A stretch of DNA of 61,182 bases from Acidimicrobiales bacterium (GTDB lineage Bacteria; Actinomycetota; Acidimicrobiia; Acidimicrobiales; SZUA-35): contig JAHEJO010000002.1 in the NCBI GenBank assembly GCA_024638805.1, positions 1 to 61,182 of the forward strand. The letters are read 5' to 3'. The notes below the pieces were generated by a model. It was not told the origin of the DNA. It made no database searches and was given only the letters and a program-made list of their open reading frames with translations. A program made the translations under genes and the position numbers. How positions within the stretch are numbered: the stretch's first letter is position 1; every line of letters starts with the position of its first letter. Positions 1 through 8,506 of the stretch are shown here, one piece after another.

Positions 1-495
1 GTCAGTGGCTCCACCGGTGCCGGAAAGACGTCGCTGGTGGGTGCACTGATCGATGAACTCGATCCTGACGAACGACTGGTCGTCGTGGAGGACACCGCTG
101 AGCTACGAGTGAGGTCGGCCTCGGCGGTACGTATGGAAGCCCAAACCGCTGGGCCGGAAGGCACCGGCGAGGTGACCCTCCGAACGCTGGTGCGCAACGC
201 CCTTCGAATGCGTCCAGATCGCCTCGTCGTCGGGGAGGTTCGTGGCCCCGAAGCGCTCGATCTTCTCCTCGCCCTCAACACCGGTCACAAAGGGTGCCTC
301 GCCACCTGCCACGGCGCCGACCCGCAGACCGTACTGCACCGGCTCGAAGTGTTGGCCCTGCTCGCCGACGCCTCGGTCGATCGCGCCGCGGTCCGCCCTC
401 TCGTCGACGGTGGCATCGATCTGGTGGTTCATGTCGAGCGCAGAGGTGGGGCGCGCCGGGTGGTCGATGTGCACGAGGTGAGGGCAGGCTGGTGA
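1..495 (+). CDS. cpaF: CpaF/TadA-family pilus-assembly secretion ATPase, C-terminal part (5' end outside window)
   Basis: Frame 1 is open from base 1. It starts with VSGSTGAGKTSLVGAL (Walker A), then LVVVEDTAEL and RMRPDRLVVGEVRGPEALDLLLALNTGHKGCLATCHG, typical of VirB11/CpaF ATPases. TadB/TadC-like genes follow. Confidence 0.85.
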   Translation, partial: VSGSTGAGKTSLVGALIDELDPDERLVVVEDTAELRVRSASAVRMEAQTAGPEGTGEVTLRTLVRNALRMRPDRLVVGEVRGPEALDLLLALNTGHKGCLATCHGADPQTVLHRLEVLALLADASVDRAAVRPLVDGGIDLVVHVERRGGARRVVDVHEVRAGW

Positions 496-497
496 GG

Positions 498-1262
498 ATG
501 CTCGCGGAAACGGCGATGATCGGTGCCGGAGCGTCGCTGATCCCATTGCTCTGGGATGGCGGTCGAGCTCTGGGCCGTCGACAAGCACAGGTGAGCCCGT
601 CGGGTTGGCTCGGCGCCGGATGTGCACTTTCGGTCCTCGGTGCGGTCGCCGTCGGATCCCCCCTCCTCGGGGGTCTCGGCGTGATGGTTGTGATCATCGC
701 AGCCCGGGGTGTACGCACCGAACGGCGACGGCGCGCGCAGCTCCGCCGGGAAAAAGAGCTTCCGGTGGTCGTCGAACTGATCGCTCAACGCCTCCGGGGC
801 GGGTGCGCCGTGGCGACGGCGATCGATGGGTTGTCCGAATCACAGCTCGAGGTGGCCGGATTGGACCGTGTCGCGGCGGAGATCCGTGCCGGTTCGACCC
901 TTTCCGACGCCATGGATCGCTGTTCGGCTGGGAGCGGTTTGTTGAAGGCGGCGTTGGTGGCGGTCGAACGATCCGGCGGTGCCGGCGGCGGCACGGTCGA
1001 GCGGTTGGCCGATCGGCTCCGCCTTTCGGTCGCCGGACGAGCCGATGCCCGCGCCCAGTCGGGTCAACAGCTCTCATCGGCGTGGGTCATGGCGGGCCTC
1101 CCGCCCGTGGTGACCGTCCTCTACGGTCTGACCGATCGCGGGGCGGCAGCGTTCTACCTCCACCATCCGGTGGGGGCGGGTGTGATCGTCGCGTCACTCG
1201 GCCTGTCGGGTCTGTCGTGGTCGTGGATGAACAGGATCCTGCGGACCGGTCGTCTGTGGTGA
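498..1262 (+). CDS. TadB-like pilus assembly membrane protein (T2SS F family)
   Basis: ATG 498 (alt GTG 492) abuts the cpaF stop at 493-495. Hydrophobic N- and C-terminal segments flank a soluble region. Its position after cpaF matches actinobacterial tad loci. The longer track ORF from 294 is an Arg-rich out-of-context extension. Confidence 0.7.
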   Translation: MLAETAMIGAGASLIPLLWDGGRALGRRQAQVSPSGWLGAGCALSVLGAVAVGSPLLGGLGVMVVIIAARGVRTERRRRAQLRREKELPVVVELIAQRLRGGCAVATAIDGLSESQLEVAGLDRVAAEIRAGSTLSDAMDRCSAGSGLLKAALVAVERSGGAGGGTVERLADRLRLSVAGRADARAQSGQQLSSAWVMAGLPPVVTVLYGLTDRGAAAFYLHHPVGAGVIVASLGLSGLSWSWMNRILRTGRLW

Positions 1263-1954
1263 TGACCCTCGGCCTGGCACTCTCGGCGGCGCTGGCAACG
1301 TTTGTCTTCTGTTGCGGACCCGGCGACGGGCGCCCGTTGTCGGACCGCCCCGGAGTCCGCAGCGCGCGATCGAGCCGTGCGGCGATCGTCGGTGTCGGGC
1401 TCGCAACCGGAATCCTCACCGGATCGCTGCTGGTGTCGTTCTTGATCGCCGGCGGCGCGGTTGCGTGGACGCCATTGCAGAAAGCGCGCACGGCTGCTCG
1501 GGTTCGAAGCGAACTGGCCGAGGCCGTGCCCGAGACCGTCGAGATAGTGACCTTGGCGATCAGCGCCGGGATGATGATCGACGATGCCTTCGGGCTCGTC
1601 GTGCAGTGTGGCCCCCGAGCTGTGCGCGCTGCCTTCACCGGCGCGCTGGCACGACTCGGAGCCGGATCGACCAGGAGGGAGGTGATCACCGGCATCCCGC
1701 TTGTCGCCGGGCCCGGATTCACACCCATGGCCCAGGTACTTCTCGCCGCCGAGCGTGACGGCGCGCCCGTCGCGCTGGTGCTGGATCGACTCGCCGGGGA
1801 GGCGATGGTCGCCCACCGTCACGCCGCACGGGAACGTGCCGGTCGAGTGCCGGTCCTTCTCCTCGCTCCGCTGCTCGCGTGCAGTCTTCCTGCCGTCCTG
1901 ATCGGCACCATCGTCCCGTTCGTCATCGTCACGCTCGGACAGACCTCGTTCTGA
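1262..1954 (+). CDS. TadC-like pilus assembly membrane protein (T2SS F family)
   Basis: ATG 1262 overlaps the tadB-like stop (TGATG). Same architecture as the preceding gene: TM, soluble domain, two C-terminal TMs (LLLAPLLACSLPAVLIGTIVPFVIV). Confidence 0.7.
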   Translation: MTLGLALSAALATFVFCCGPGDGRPLSDRPGVRSARSSRAAIVGVGLATGILTGSLLVSFLIAGGAVAWTPLQKARTAARVRSELAEAVPETVEIVTLAISAGMMIDDAFGLVVQCGPRAVRAAFTGALARLGAGSTRREVITGIPLVAGPGFTPMAQVLLAAERDGAPVALVLDRLAGEAMVAHRHAARERAGRVPVLLLAPLLACSLPAVLIGTIVPFVIVTLGQTSF

Positions 1955-2013
1955 TCCGCTCGCAGTGCAGCACTGCCATCGAGTTCTGTGAACAAACGTG
2001 AAAGGACATTCCC

Positions 2014-2211
2014 ATGGCACTTCTCTGGGCCGCCTACCTCCATCCGCTCGTTCGACGCACCGGCGAGCGTGGTCAAGCGACCGTCGAGTACGTGGTCGTC
2101 GTTCTGGCCGCATCGCTGGTCGCCGGACTCCTCATCCGCTGGGTCAACGGGACGGGGAAGATCGGCGAGTTACTCGATCGAGTTCTCGACGCGGTGATCG
2201 GGCAGGTGTGA
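2014..2211 (+). CDS. Flp-like / DUF4244 small pilin-like protein
   Basis: 65 aa with the motif ERGQATVEYVVVVLAASLVAGLL (G/xxxxEY-type prepilin junction plus hydrophobic helix). GAAAGGA Shine-Dalgarno lies upstream of ATG 2014. Located after tadC, like Rv3656c. Confidence 0.65.
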   Translation: MALLWAAYLHPLVRRTGERGQATVEYVVVVLAASLVAGLLIRWVNGTGKIGELLDRVLDAVIGQV

Positions 2212-2621
2212 CGTCGTCGACGGGCGAGAAGCGGGTGCGGCAACGTCCGCGCTCGCCCGCCCGCCAACGCGGTCAAGCCGTTGTGGAGCTGAGCTTGGTT
2301 CTTCCGGTTGTGGCCGTGCTGGCCCTCTTCGTCGCACAGGTTGCCCGCGTGGCGGTCGACTCGCTGCTCGTGCACCATGCGGCTCGCGAAGCAGCGCGGG
2401 CGGCCGCGGTAGAACCTGAACAGAGTTCTGCGGAGCGAGCCGCACGGGCAGCTGCGGTCCTCAGGCCGGACCGGCTGACCGTGCGTCTGGCCGGCGGACG
2501 CTCGCCTGGTGACGCATTGGCCGTCACCGTCGACTATTCAGCTGAGACCGATGTGCCCCTGGTGGGACGTCTCGTCGGTGATATCGACCTGTCTGCGTCG
2601 GTGACGATCCGCGTCGAATGA
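2208..2621 (+). CDS. TadE-like pilus-associated protein
   Basis: GTG 2208 overlaps the preceding stop (GTGTGA). The N-terminus RGQAVVELSLVLPVVAVLALF is the TadE-like signature. Confidence 0.65.
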   Translation: MTSSTGEKRVRQRPRSPARQRGQAVVELSLVLPVVAVLALFVAQVARVAVDSLLVHHAAREAARAAAVEPEQSSAERAARAAAVLRPDRLTVRLAGGRSPGDALAVTVDYSAETDVPLVGRLVGDIDLSASVTIRVE

Positions 2622-2634
2622 TGCGGGCGGTTCG

Positions 2635-5073
2635 TCAGAAGGGGTCGTCGTCTCCCAGAGAGACTCGTAAGAGAGCGACTGCGCCCCACCGGTCGAGCGG
2701 TTCGTTGCCGTTTCCGCATTTCGGGGACTGGACACAACTCGGGCATCCGTTCGTGCAGGTGCATGCCTCGACAAGGTCGGCGGAGGCGATCATCAGTTCT
2801 TCGGCCCGGGAGAAGGCGAGTTCGGCGATGCCTGCCCCGCCGGGGTATCCGTCGTAGATGAACACCGCGGGTAGACCGCTGCTGGGCGAGCGAGGGATCG
2901 ATACGCCGCCGACATCCCATCGATCGCAGATGGCAAACAGGGGGAGCATCCCGATCGCCGCATGCTCGGCGGCGTGCAGCGAGCCGGGAACGGCGAAAGG
3001 CCTTATGCCGGCACGTTGCAGAACCGAGACTTCCCACTCCCACCAGACCGCGGTCGTCTCGAGGCTCTGAGGCGGGAGATCGAGCTCGGTGATCTCCGCG
3101 GTGCCCTGGGTCCCGGGGCTGGCCGATCCGTACTCCTGATAGCCGGTGACGGTGGTCGTGACGCATACGGAGCCAAAATGCAGCATGGACCGACCGAGGG
3201 TCGTGCGTCGCATGACGTCGGTGACCGCGATGTCCACCCGAGAACGGGCCGAGGTCCAACGCTGTGAATCGTCGGGTTCAACCACCGCTCGCCGAGCGTC
3301 GAGGTCCAGATTCGTCACCCGGTAGTTACGGCCCAGGTGCATGTAGAGCGCCCCGGTGTGCACCATTGACGGCGCCCTGGCCTTCTCAACCGTCCCGATC
3401 GGCGTCCCGTGGACATCCACGATCTTCACTTCACCACCCGACGCCGAGCGAAGGCCGATTCGGGTGAACGGCACACCTCGGCCGGTCCACAGCGCCTCGG
3501 GCAGTCGGGTCTCGTCGGTTCGAATCGTCAGCTCGTCACCCCCGACGAGTCGGCGGATTCCGTCGTCGAGTTCAGGCCACCAGGACCCGTCGTTCGGATT
3601 CAGCGGTGACTCGTAGGCCGCGCAGCAGAGGTGGGGGTCGAGGACGTGGGGGTTGGTGACGTTGATGACCGCCGGCTCGGGAGGACGATCGAAGAGATGA
3701 TGGGGGTTCTGCACAAACCACTGGTCCATCTGGTTCTCACCTGCGATCACGACAGCAAGGGAATCTTCGGCCGCCCGCCCGACCCGTCCGATCTGCTGCC
3801 ACAACGACGCAATCGTTCCGGGAAACCCGCAGAGGATGGTGGCATCGAGACCACCGATGTCGACGCCGAGCTCCAAGGCGCTGGTGGCGACGACGACCCG
3901 CACGACCCCCGAGGCGAGCTCTTCTTCGATCTCCCTGCGTTCGGGTGGCAGATACCCGCTGCGATACGAACGAATCGAGTCCGAGAGGGTCGGCGCGACC
4001 GCTCGTCTGATCCCGGATGCGACCCTTTCTGTCATCGCCCGGCTCGGGCAGAAGATGATCGTCCGTCTGCCGGCTTCGGCCAACTCAGCACCCAGCCGGA
4101 TCGCCTCGGTTGCCGGTGACTGGCGCTTGCCTTTCTCGGCATCGATGGTGGCCGGCTGAACGAGGGCGATCGTGCGTTGTGCGCGCGGCGACCCGTCGGC
4201 GCCAATCGCGTCGACCGTTCCGGCGATCAGTTGTCCGGCCAGCTGCTCTGGTTCGCCGATCGTCGCACTGGTGAAGACGAACCGGGGGTGGGATCCGTAC
4301 AGCTCTGCGATTCGTTGAACGCGTCGGAGGAGATGGGCGACGTGTGTGCCGAAGATGCCACGTAGAACATGGAGCTCATCGATGACCACGAACTCGAGGC
4401 GGGTGAAAAACCTCGCCCACCGCCGATGCTGGGGGAGGATGCCGTTGTGAACCATCTCGGGGTTGGTGAGGATCACGTTGGCGTTGTTCCTCAGCCAGCG
4501 GCGGTCGTCGGTGTCGGCGTCACCGTCGTAGGCGCCGGCGATCAGCCCCGGAACCGCCAGTTGGCCCAGGGATCGAAGCTGGTCCCGGGCGAGCGCTTTG
4601 GTGGGATAGATGAGCAATGAGGTTGAAGCTCTCAGGCCGCTGACGATCGATTCTGCGATCGGAAGCTGGTAACACAGCGACTTTCCGCTGGAGGTCCCCG
4701 TGGCGATGACAACCGAGCGCCCATCGCGCACACGGTTGATCGCATCGGCCTGGTGCTTCCACAAGCCGCCGGTGGGGGAGCAGTGCTGGATCGGCTCCGG
4801 CAGCGGATCGTGCAGTTCTCCGAGGCTGAACCGCTGGGCGGGGATGACGCGGTGATGGACCAGTCGACCGTCCGAGGCGAGTGCATCGAGGATCGTCGAC
4901 AGGGGGCGTGCTCCGGGGATGGGTTCGACGGGCGGTGCCGGCCCGACGGCTGCGAGGGTCACCTGAGCATCGTCGCGTCGGCCCCCGGTCGACCGCCGGC
5001 GTCGCCGCCGTGTGCGCGGCACGTATGTCGCCTCGAGCTCCCCGGGGGGAAAGGGCAGTGTCGGAGTCCGCAC
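2635..5073 (-). CDS. DEAD/DEAH-box helicase with C-terminal DUF1998/MZB zinc domain (MrfA/YprA, Rv3649-like)
   Basis: 812 aa. Motif I ATGTSSGKS, motif II VIDELH, motif III TSATI. C-terminal Cys cluster CTCTNGCPSCVQSPKCGNGNEPLD. Same neighbourhood (tad locus to topA) as Rv3649. Confidence 0.9.
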   Translation of the reverse strand: MRTPTLPFPPGELEATYVPRTRRRRRRSTGGRRDDAQVTLAAVGPAPPVEPIPGARPLSTILDALASDGRLVHHRVIPAQRFSLGELHDPLPEPIQHCSPTGGLWKHQADAINRVRDGRSVVIATGTSSGKSLCYQLPIAESIVSGLRASTSLLIYPTKALARDQLRSLGQLAVPGLIAGAYDGDADTDDRRWLRNNANVILTNPEMVHNGILPQHRRWARFFTRLEFVVIDELHVLRGIFGTHVAHLLRRVQRIAELYGSHPRFVFTSATIGEPEQLAGQLIAGTVDAIGADGSPRAQRTIALVQPATIDAEKGKRQSPATEAIRLGAELAEAGRRTIIFCPSRAMTERVASGIRRAVAPTLSDSIRSYRSGYLPPERREIEEELASGVVRVVVATSALELGVDIGGLDATILCGFPGTIASLWQQIGRVGRAAEDSLAVVIAGENQMDQWFVQNPHHLFDRPPEPAVINVTNPHVLDPHLCCAAYESPLNPNDGSWWPELDDGIRRLVGGDELTIRTDETRLPEALWTGRGVPFTRIGLRSASGGEVKIVDVHGTPIGTVEKARAPSMVHTGALYMHLGRNYRVTNLDLDARRAVVEPDDSQRWTSARSRVDIAVTDVMRRTTLGRSMLHFGSVCVTTTVTGYQEYGSASPGTQGTAEITELDLPPQSLETTAVWWEWEVSVLQRAGIRPFAVPGSLHAAEHAAIGMLPLFAICDRWDVGGVSIPRSPSSGLPAVFIYDGYPGGAGIAELAFSRAEELMIASADLVEACTCTNGCPSCVQSPKCGNGNEPLDRWGAVALLRVSLGDDDPF

Positions 5074-5123
5074 CCTCCCAGGCTAGGACGGTCCATCGAC
5101 GCGATGTCGATCGCCGCCGCTCT

Positions 5124-5744
5124 TCAGCGAAGGTGGGCGTCGGTCAACACGGGCCACGGCACGAGACCAGGTCGCCGGATGCGACGTTGTTCGTCCACGT
5201 CGAAACCTGCGTTCTCGAGGATCGCGCGGAGTTGGGCCGGAGGGGTGGCACGGATCGCCCTTCCGGCCACGGAGGTCAACCGTTCGAGCGCAAACGAGCC
5301 CGGACCGGTGATCGTGGCGATCGATGCGATCAGCAACCTGCCCCCCGGTCGGAGTATCTCTGCGAGTTCGGCAGCTGCGGTGCGCTGATCGGGATACCAG
5401 TGGAACGACTCGGTGCACGTGACGACGTCGACGCTCCCCGGTCGGATCGGCACTCGCATCGCGTCCGCCCGCAGCAGGGTGTGATCCTCCGTCGATCCGG
5501 CTCGGCGGAGCATGCCCGGTGAGAAGTCGAGCCCGATCACCCTGGATTGGGGATGGCTGTCCCTCAGCCGGCGGATCAGCTGCCCCGTTCCGCACCCGAG
5601 GTCGACCACGACGGAGAATCGATGACCCTCGAGCCGCTCGATGATCACATCGTGGACCGGCGTGTAGGCGGCGGCCTGAAGAGTTTCACCGTCGTAGGTG
5701 TTCGACCATCGGTCGAACAGAGACGTCGATCGGCTTCCGGGCAT
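5124..5744 (-). CDS. Class I SAM-dependent methyltransferase (small-molecule UbiE/Methyltransf_11-like)
   Basis: 206 aa with motif I VVDLGCGTGQL, post-I IGLDFSPGML and RPGGRLLI. No DNA-methyltransferase DPPY/NPPY-type motif seen. Confidence 0.85.
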   Translation of the reverse strand: MPGSRSTSLFDRWSNTYDGETLQAAAYTPVHDVIIERLEGHRFSVVVDLGCGTGQLIRRLRDSHPQSRVIGLDFSPGMLRRAGSTEDHTLLRADAMRVPIRPGSVDVVTCTESFHWYPDQRTAAAELAEILRPGGRLLIASIATITGPGSFALERLTSVAGRAIRATPPAQLRAILENAGFDVDEQRRIRRPGLVPWPVLTDAHLR

Positions 5745-5775
5745 CGACCCACGCTAGAGCGCCTCGGGTGTCGAC

Positions 5776-6654
5776 GTGATGCGGGCCTTCGGCTCGGCTT
5801 CGAGGGTCCGCCGAATGACCGTCGCCGGGCGGGAAGATACTACGACCATGACCACCACCGGCCCTCCTCTCACGACCGGAGAACAATCGATTCTGATCGC
5901 CAAGGTGGAGCGACTGTGGCGTAAAGCTCGCTCCTCCACGTTTCCGGCCGAGGCCCGCGCCTTCGAAGAGAAGGCGATGTACCTGATGGCCCGGGCGCGC
6001 ATCACCGACGCGATGCTCGATCTGAGCGGTGACCCCGGCCAGATCGTCGACGCCAAGATCGGCGCAGCGCTGCACGGTGGCTACCGCGTCCCGTCCGAGA
6101 CGATCTTCAGTGAGGTCTGCAATGCCTTCGGGTGCAGGGGGTACCTCTACCTGAGTGGCCGCACCAGTCAGCCGGCTGCGGTCGGGTTCTCCTCCGACAT
6201 CGATCGAGTCAGAGTTCTCTGGCCGCTGTTGCACACTGACGCGCTCCGGTCGGCGACCGAACTTCGGGGACGCACGGCGGCACAGACCTCGGCGTTGCGT
6301 CGCTCCTCGATGTACGGCTACGCCGAGGCGATCGCCGAGCGCTTCGCAGCGATCAACACGGTTGCGTCCAGCGATGCCGATCGAGGAGTGGACCAGAGCG
6401 ACAGCGACGATCCGCCGAACCTCGACGGGACGGCCGGTCACGCGTCGGGTTGCCGGTCGGAATCGGCTCTGATCGTGTCGAGCCGCCTGAAGCAGGTCGA
6501 CGATTACTTCGACGAGATGGACATCTCGCGCCGGTCCCGTCGCGTGAGCGGAGGTGCGGGTGGTCACGCCCACGGTCGAGCGGCAGGAATGGCTGCAGAC
6601 CTCACCGGTGGTTCAACGAAGTTGCGCTCGGGCCGACGCGAGCTTGCTGGATGA
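5776..6654 (+). CDS. DUF2786-like protein
   Basis: The N-terminal helix IAKVERLWRKARSSTFPAEARAFEEKAMYLMARARI matches the DUF2786 signature (KI..LLA.A.ST.EAEA). Start is uncertain (ATG 5776, 5815 or 5848). The stop overlaps the next gene (ATGA). Confidence 0.7.
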   Translation: MMRAFGSASRVRRMTVAGREDTTTMTTTGPPLTTGEQSILIAKVERLWRKARSSTFPAEARAFEEKAMYLMARARITDAMLDLSGDPGQIVDAKIGAALHGGYRVPSETIFSEVCNAFGCRGYLYLSGRTSQPAAVGFSSDIDRVRVLWPLLHTDALRSATELRGRTAAQTSALRRSSMYGYAEAIAERFAAINTVASSDADRGVDQSDSDDPPNLDGTAGHASGCRSESALIVSSRLKQVDDYFDEMDISRRSRRVSGGAGGHAHGRAAGMAADLTGGSTKLRSGRRELAG

Positions 6655-7235
6655 GCACGACGGCTCAGCGTGACGTCGACCGCCGACAGGTCTATCGAGC
6701 CGAGGAACTTGCTGCGGAACTGACCATTCTGGACGAGCGGAGGTCGTTGGCCGAGCTGGTGGCGATCGCCGAGCGGCTGCGGTCCGGGTGGTGGTGGCAG
6801 GCACACTTCGGCACCCGAGGGATCGAGGTGAGGACGAACCGCAGTCGCCTCGGTAGCTATTGGAATCCGACCACACGGATCGTGAGCCTGTGTCCTTCGG
6901 CATCGGATCTGTCCACGCTCTGCCACGAGCTGGCCCATGTCGCAGCCACCGATTGGGGACGATCCACCGGGCCACCCCACGGGCCGATGTTTCGAACCTT
7001 GCATGTGGGCGTCCGCCACGCCCTGCTCGGTCAGCGTGCGGGTGACGATCTCGCCGAGGTCTACACCCAGTTCGGCCTGCCACTCCACCGCTTCTCGAGC
7101 GCGATCCACGATCGGCCTGCCTGGGCCGAAACCGCCCTCGATCCCGCCGAGTACACAGCTGAACGCATCGTGAGGGTCGACCGTTTCGACCAGCGGCCGT
7201 CGGGTTCGATTCGTCCGGGTCCAATCGCCCTGTAG
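6651..7235 (+). CDS. SprT/Spartan-like zinc metalloprotease
   Basis: 194 aa. CHELAHV (HExxH) is followed 13 residues later by PHGPMFRTLH. This is the same arrangement as HEMIH...GHGPEF in SprT/Spartan proteases. ATG 6651 overlaps the upstream stop. Confidence 0.65.
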   Translation: MSTTAQRDVDRRQVYRAEELAAELTILDERRSLAELVAIAERLRSGWWWQAHFGTRGIEVRTNRSRLGSYWNPTTRIVSLCPSASDLSTLCHELAHVAATDWGRSTGPPHGPMFRTLHVGVRHALLGQRAGDDLAEVYTQFGLPLHRFSSAIHDRPAWAETALDPAEYTAERIVRVDRFDQRPSGSIRPGPIAL

Positions 7236-7261
7236 GGGCGGCGGGTGGGTCATGATGGGAC

Positions 7262-8506
7262 GTGATGAGCTCGTTGCTCCCCACACCAGAGCCCGATCGC
7301 GACGCGGTCCTCGCTTTCGTGGGTCATCACCTCGCCGGTCTGTACTCAGGCCCTCTGACCGGATCCCACGCATTCGTGGGGGGCCAGAGCCACGCCGACG
7401 CGGCCCTGGCCCGGTTCGACGTCACGGGCTACGCGAACAACCGCAACGAGGTCTGGCCCGCACCGAGACGGGGTGCTTCGGGCCTGTCGCCCTACATCCG
7501 TCACGGTTACCTCCAGCTGTCGCGGGTCTGGAACCACGTGTCCGGCCCGGACGAGGATGTCGCCCGATTTCGTGAAGAACTCATGTGGCAGGAGTACGCC
7601 CGACATTGGTATGCCCGTCTCGGGGGCCGATCTGCGACCAGTGTGCGCAACGATCTGGCGGGGTCGGCCTCGGGAGCAGGGCGGTGGGACAGGTCGATGG
7701 CCTGCCTGGACATGTGCGTCGAAGAGCTGGAGGACGACGGCTGGTTGGTCAACCAGGCCAGGATGTGGCTCGCCTCCCACTGGTCGGTGCGCCAGGGCGG
7801 TCGCTGGGTCGACGGTGAAGACGAGTTCTTCATCCACCTGCTCGATGGCTCGCGTGCGGCAAACCGGCTCGGCTGGCAGTGGACGACCGGCGCCGGCTCG
7901 TCGAAGACGTATGGGTTCAGCCGCTGGCAGGTGGAGAAACGGGCGCCTGGCCTGTGCGGGCAGTGCGACCGCTCGGCCGACTGCCCGATCGAGCATTGGC
8001 CCTCGGACCCCGAGCTCATCAAACTGGAGCCCGAACCCCTGCTGCGCCGCACGATAGATCCGATCGCCGAAGCCGGACCGCACCAAACCGAACGATCCGC
8101 CGACCCTGAGATCGTCTGGTTGACGGGCGAGTCACTGGGGGATGACGACCCGGTTCTGCGAGCCCATCCCGATCTGCCGGTGGTCTTCGTCTTCGATGAG
8201 CCACTGCTCCGACGGCTGGCCCTGTCCGCCAAACGTCTGGTGTTCCTGACCGAGGGCCTGGCCGAACTTGCTGTGGAACGCCCGGTCGAACTACACCGGT
8301 CCCGACCCGGCGTCGCCCTGGCCGGACGGGCTGCCGCGGTCACGTTCGCGCCGGTGCCCGGTTTCCGCAGGCTGCTCGAGCGCCGTGCCGATCCGGTCCA
8401 CGTGGCGGAGTTGCATCCCTACCCTTGGCTTCGGCGTCCCACCGGTGGGACCGTGTCATCGTTTTCGGCCTGGCGGCAACGGGTGAGCGAGCCGGCCGGT
8501 GTCTGA
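7262..8506 (+). CDS. Photolyase/cryptochrome-family FAD-binding protein with atypical domain order
   Basis: Residues ~10-240 align by eye to the photolyase FAD domain (GLSPYIRHGYLQLSRV, ELMWQEYARH, GWLVNQARMWLASHW, LLDGSRAANRLGWQWTTGAGS). Residues ~283-385 (EIVWLTGESLGDDDPVL...PVVFVFDEPLL) resemble the normally N-terminal alpha/beta domain. Confidence 0.8.
   Translation: MMSSLLPTPEPDRDAVLAFVGHHLAGLYSGPLTGSHAFVGGQSHADAALARFDVTGYANNRNEVWPAPRRGASGLSPYIRHGYLQLSRVWNHVSGPDEDVARFREELMWQEYARHWYARLGGRSATSVRNDLAGSASGAGRWDRSMACLDMCVEELEDDGWLVNQARMWLASHWSVRQGGRWVDGEDEFFIHLLDGSRAANRLGWQWTTGAGSSKTYGFSRWQVEKRAPGLCGQCDRSADCPIEHWPSDPELIKLEPEPLLRRTIDPIAEAGPHQTERSADPEIVWLTGESLGDDDPVLRAHPDLPVVFVFDEPLLRRLALSAKRLVFLTEGLAELAVERPVELHRSRPGVALAGRAAAVTFAPVPGFRRLLERRADPVHVAELHPYPWLRRPTGGTVSSFSAWRQRVSEPAGV

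Noticed and set aside
2635-5744. Helicase with DUF1998 plus a methyltransferase, considered as a DISARM-like defence module
   Set aside because: The helicase matches the housekeeping MrfA/Rv3649 type in conserved synteny (tad locus to topA). The methyltransferase is a small UbiE-like class I enzyme with no DNA-methylase motifs. No PLD nuclease or SNF2 gene is nearby.
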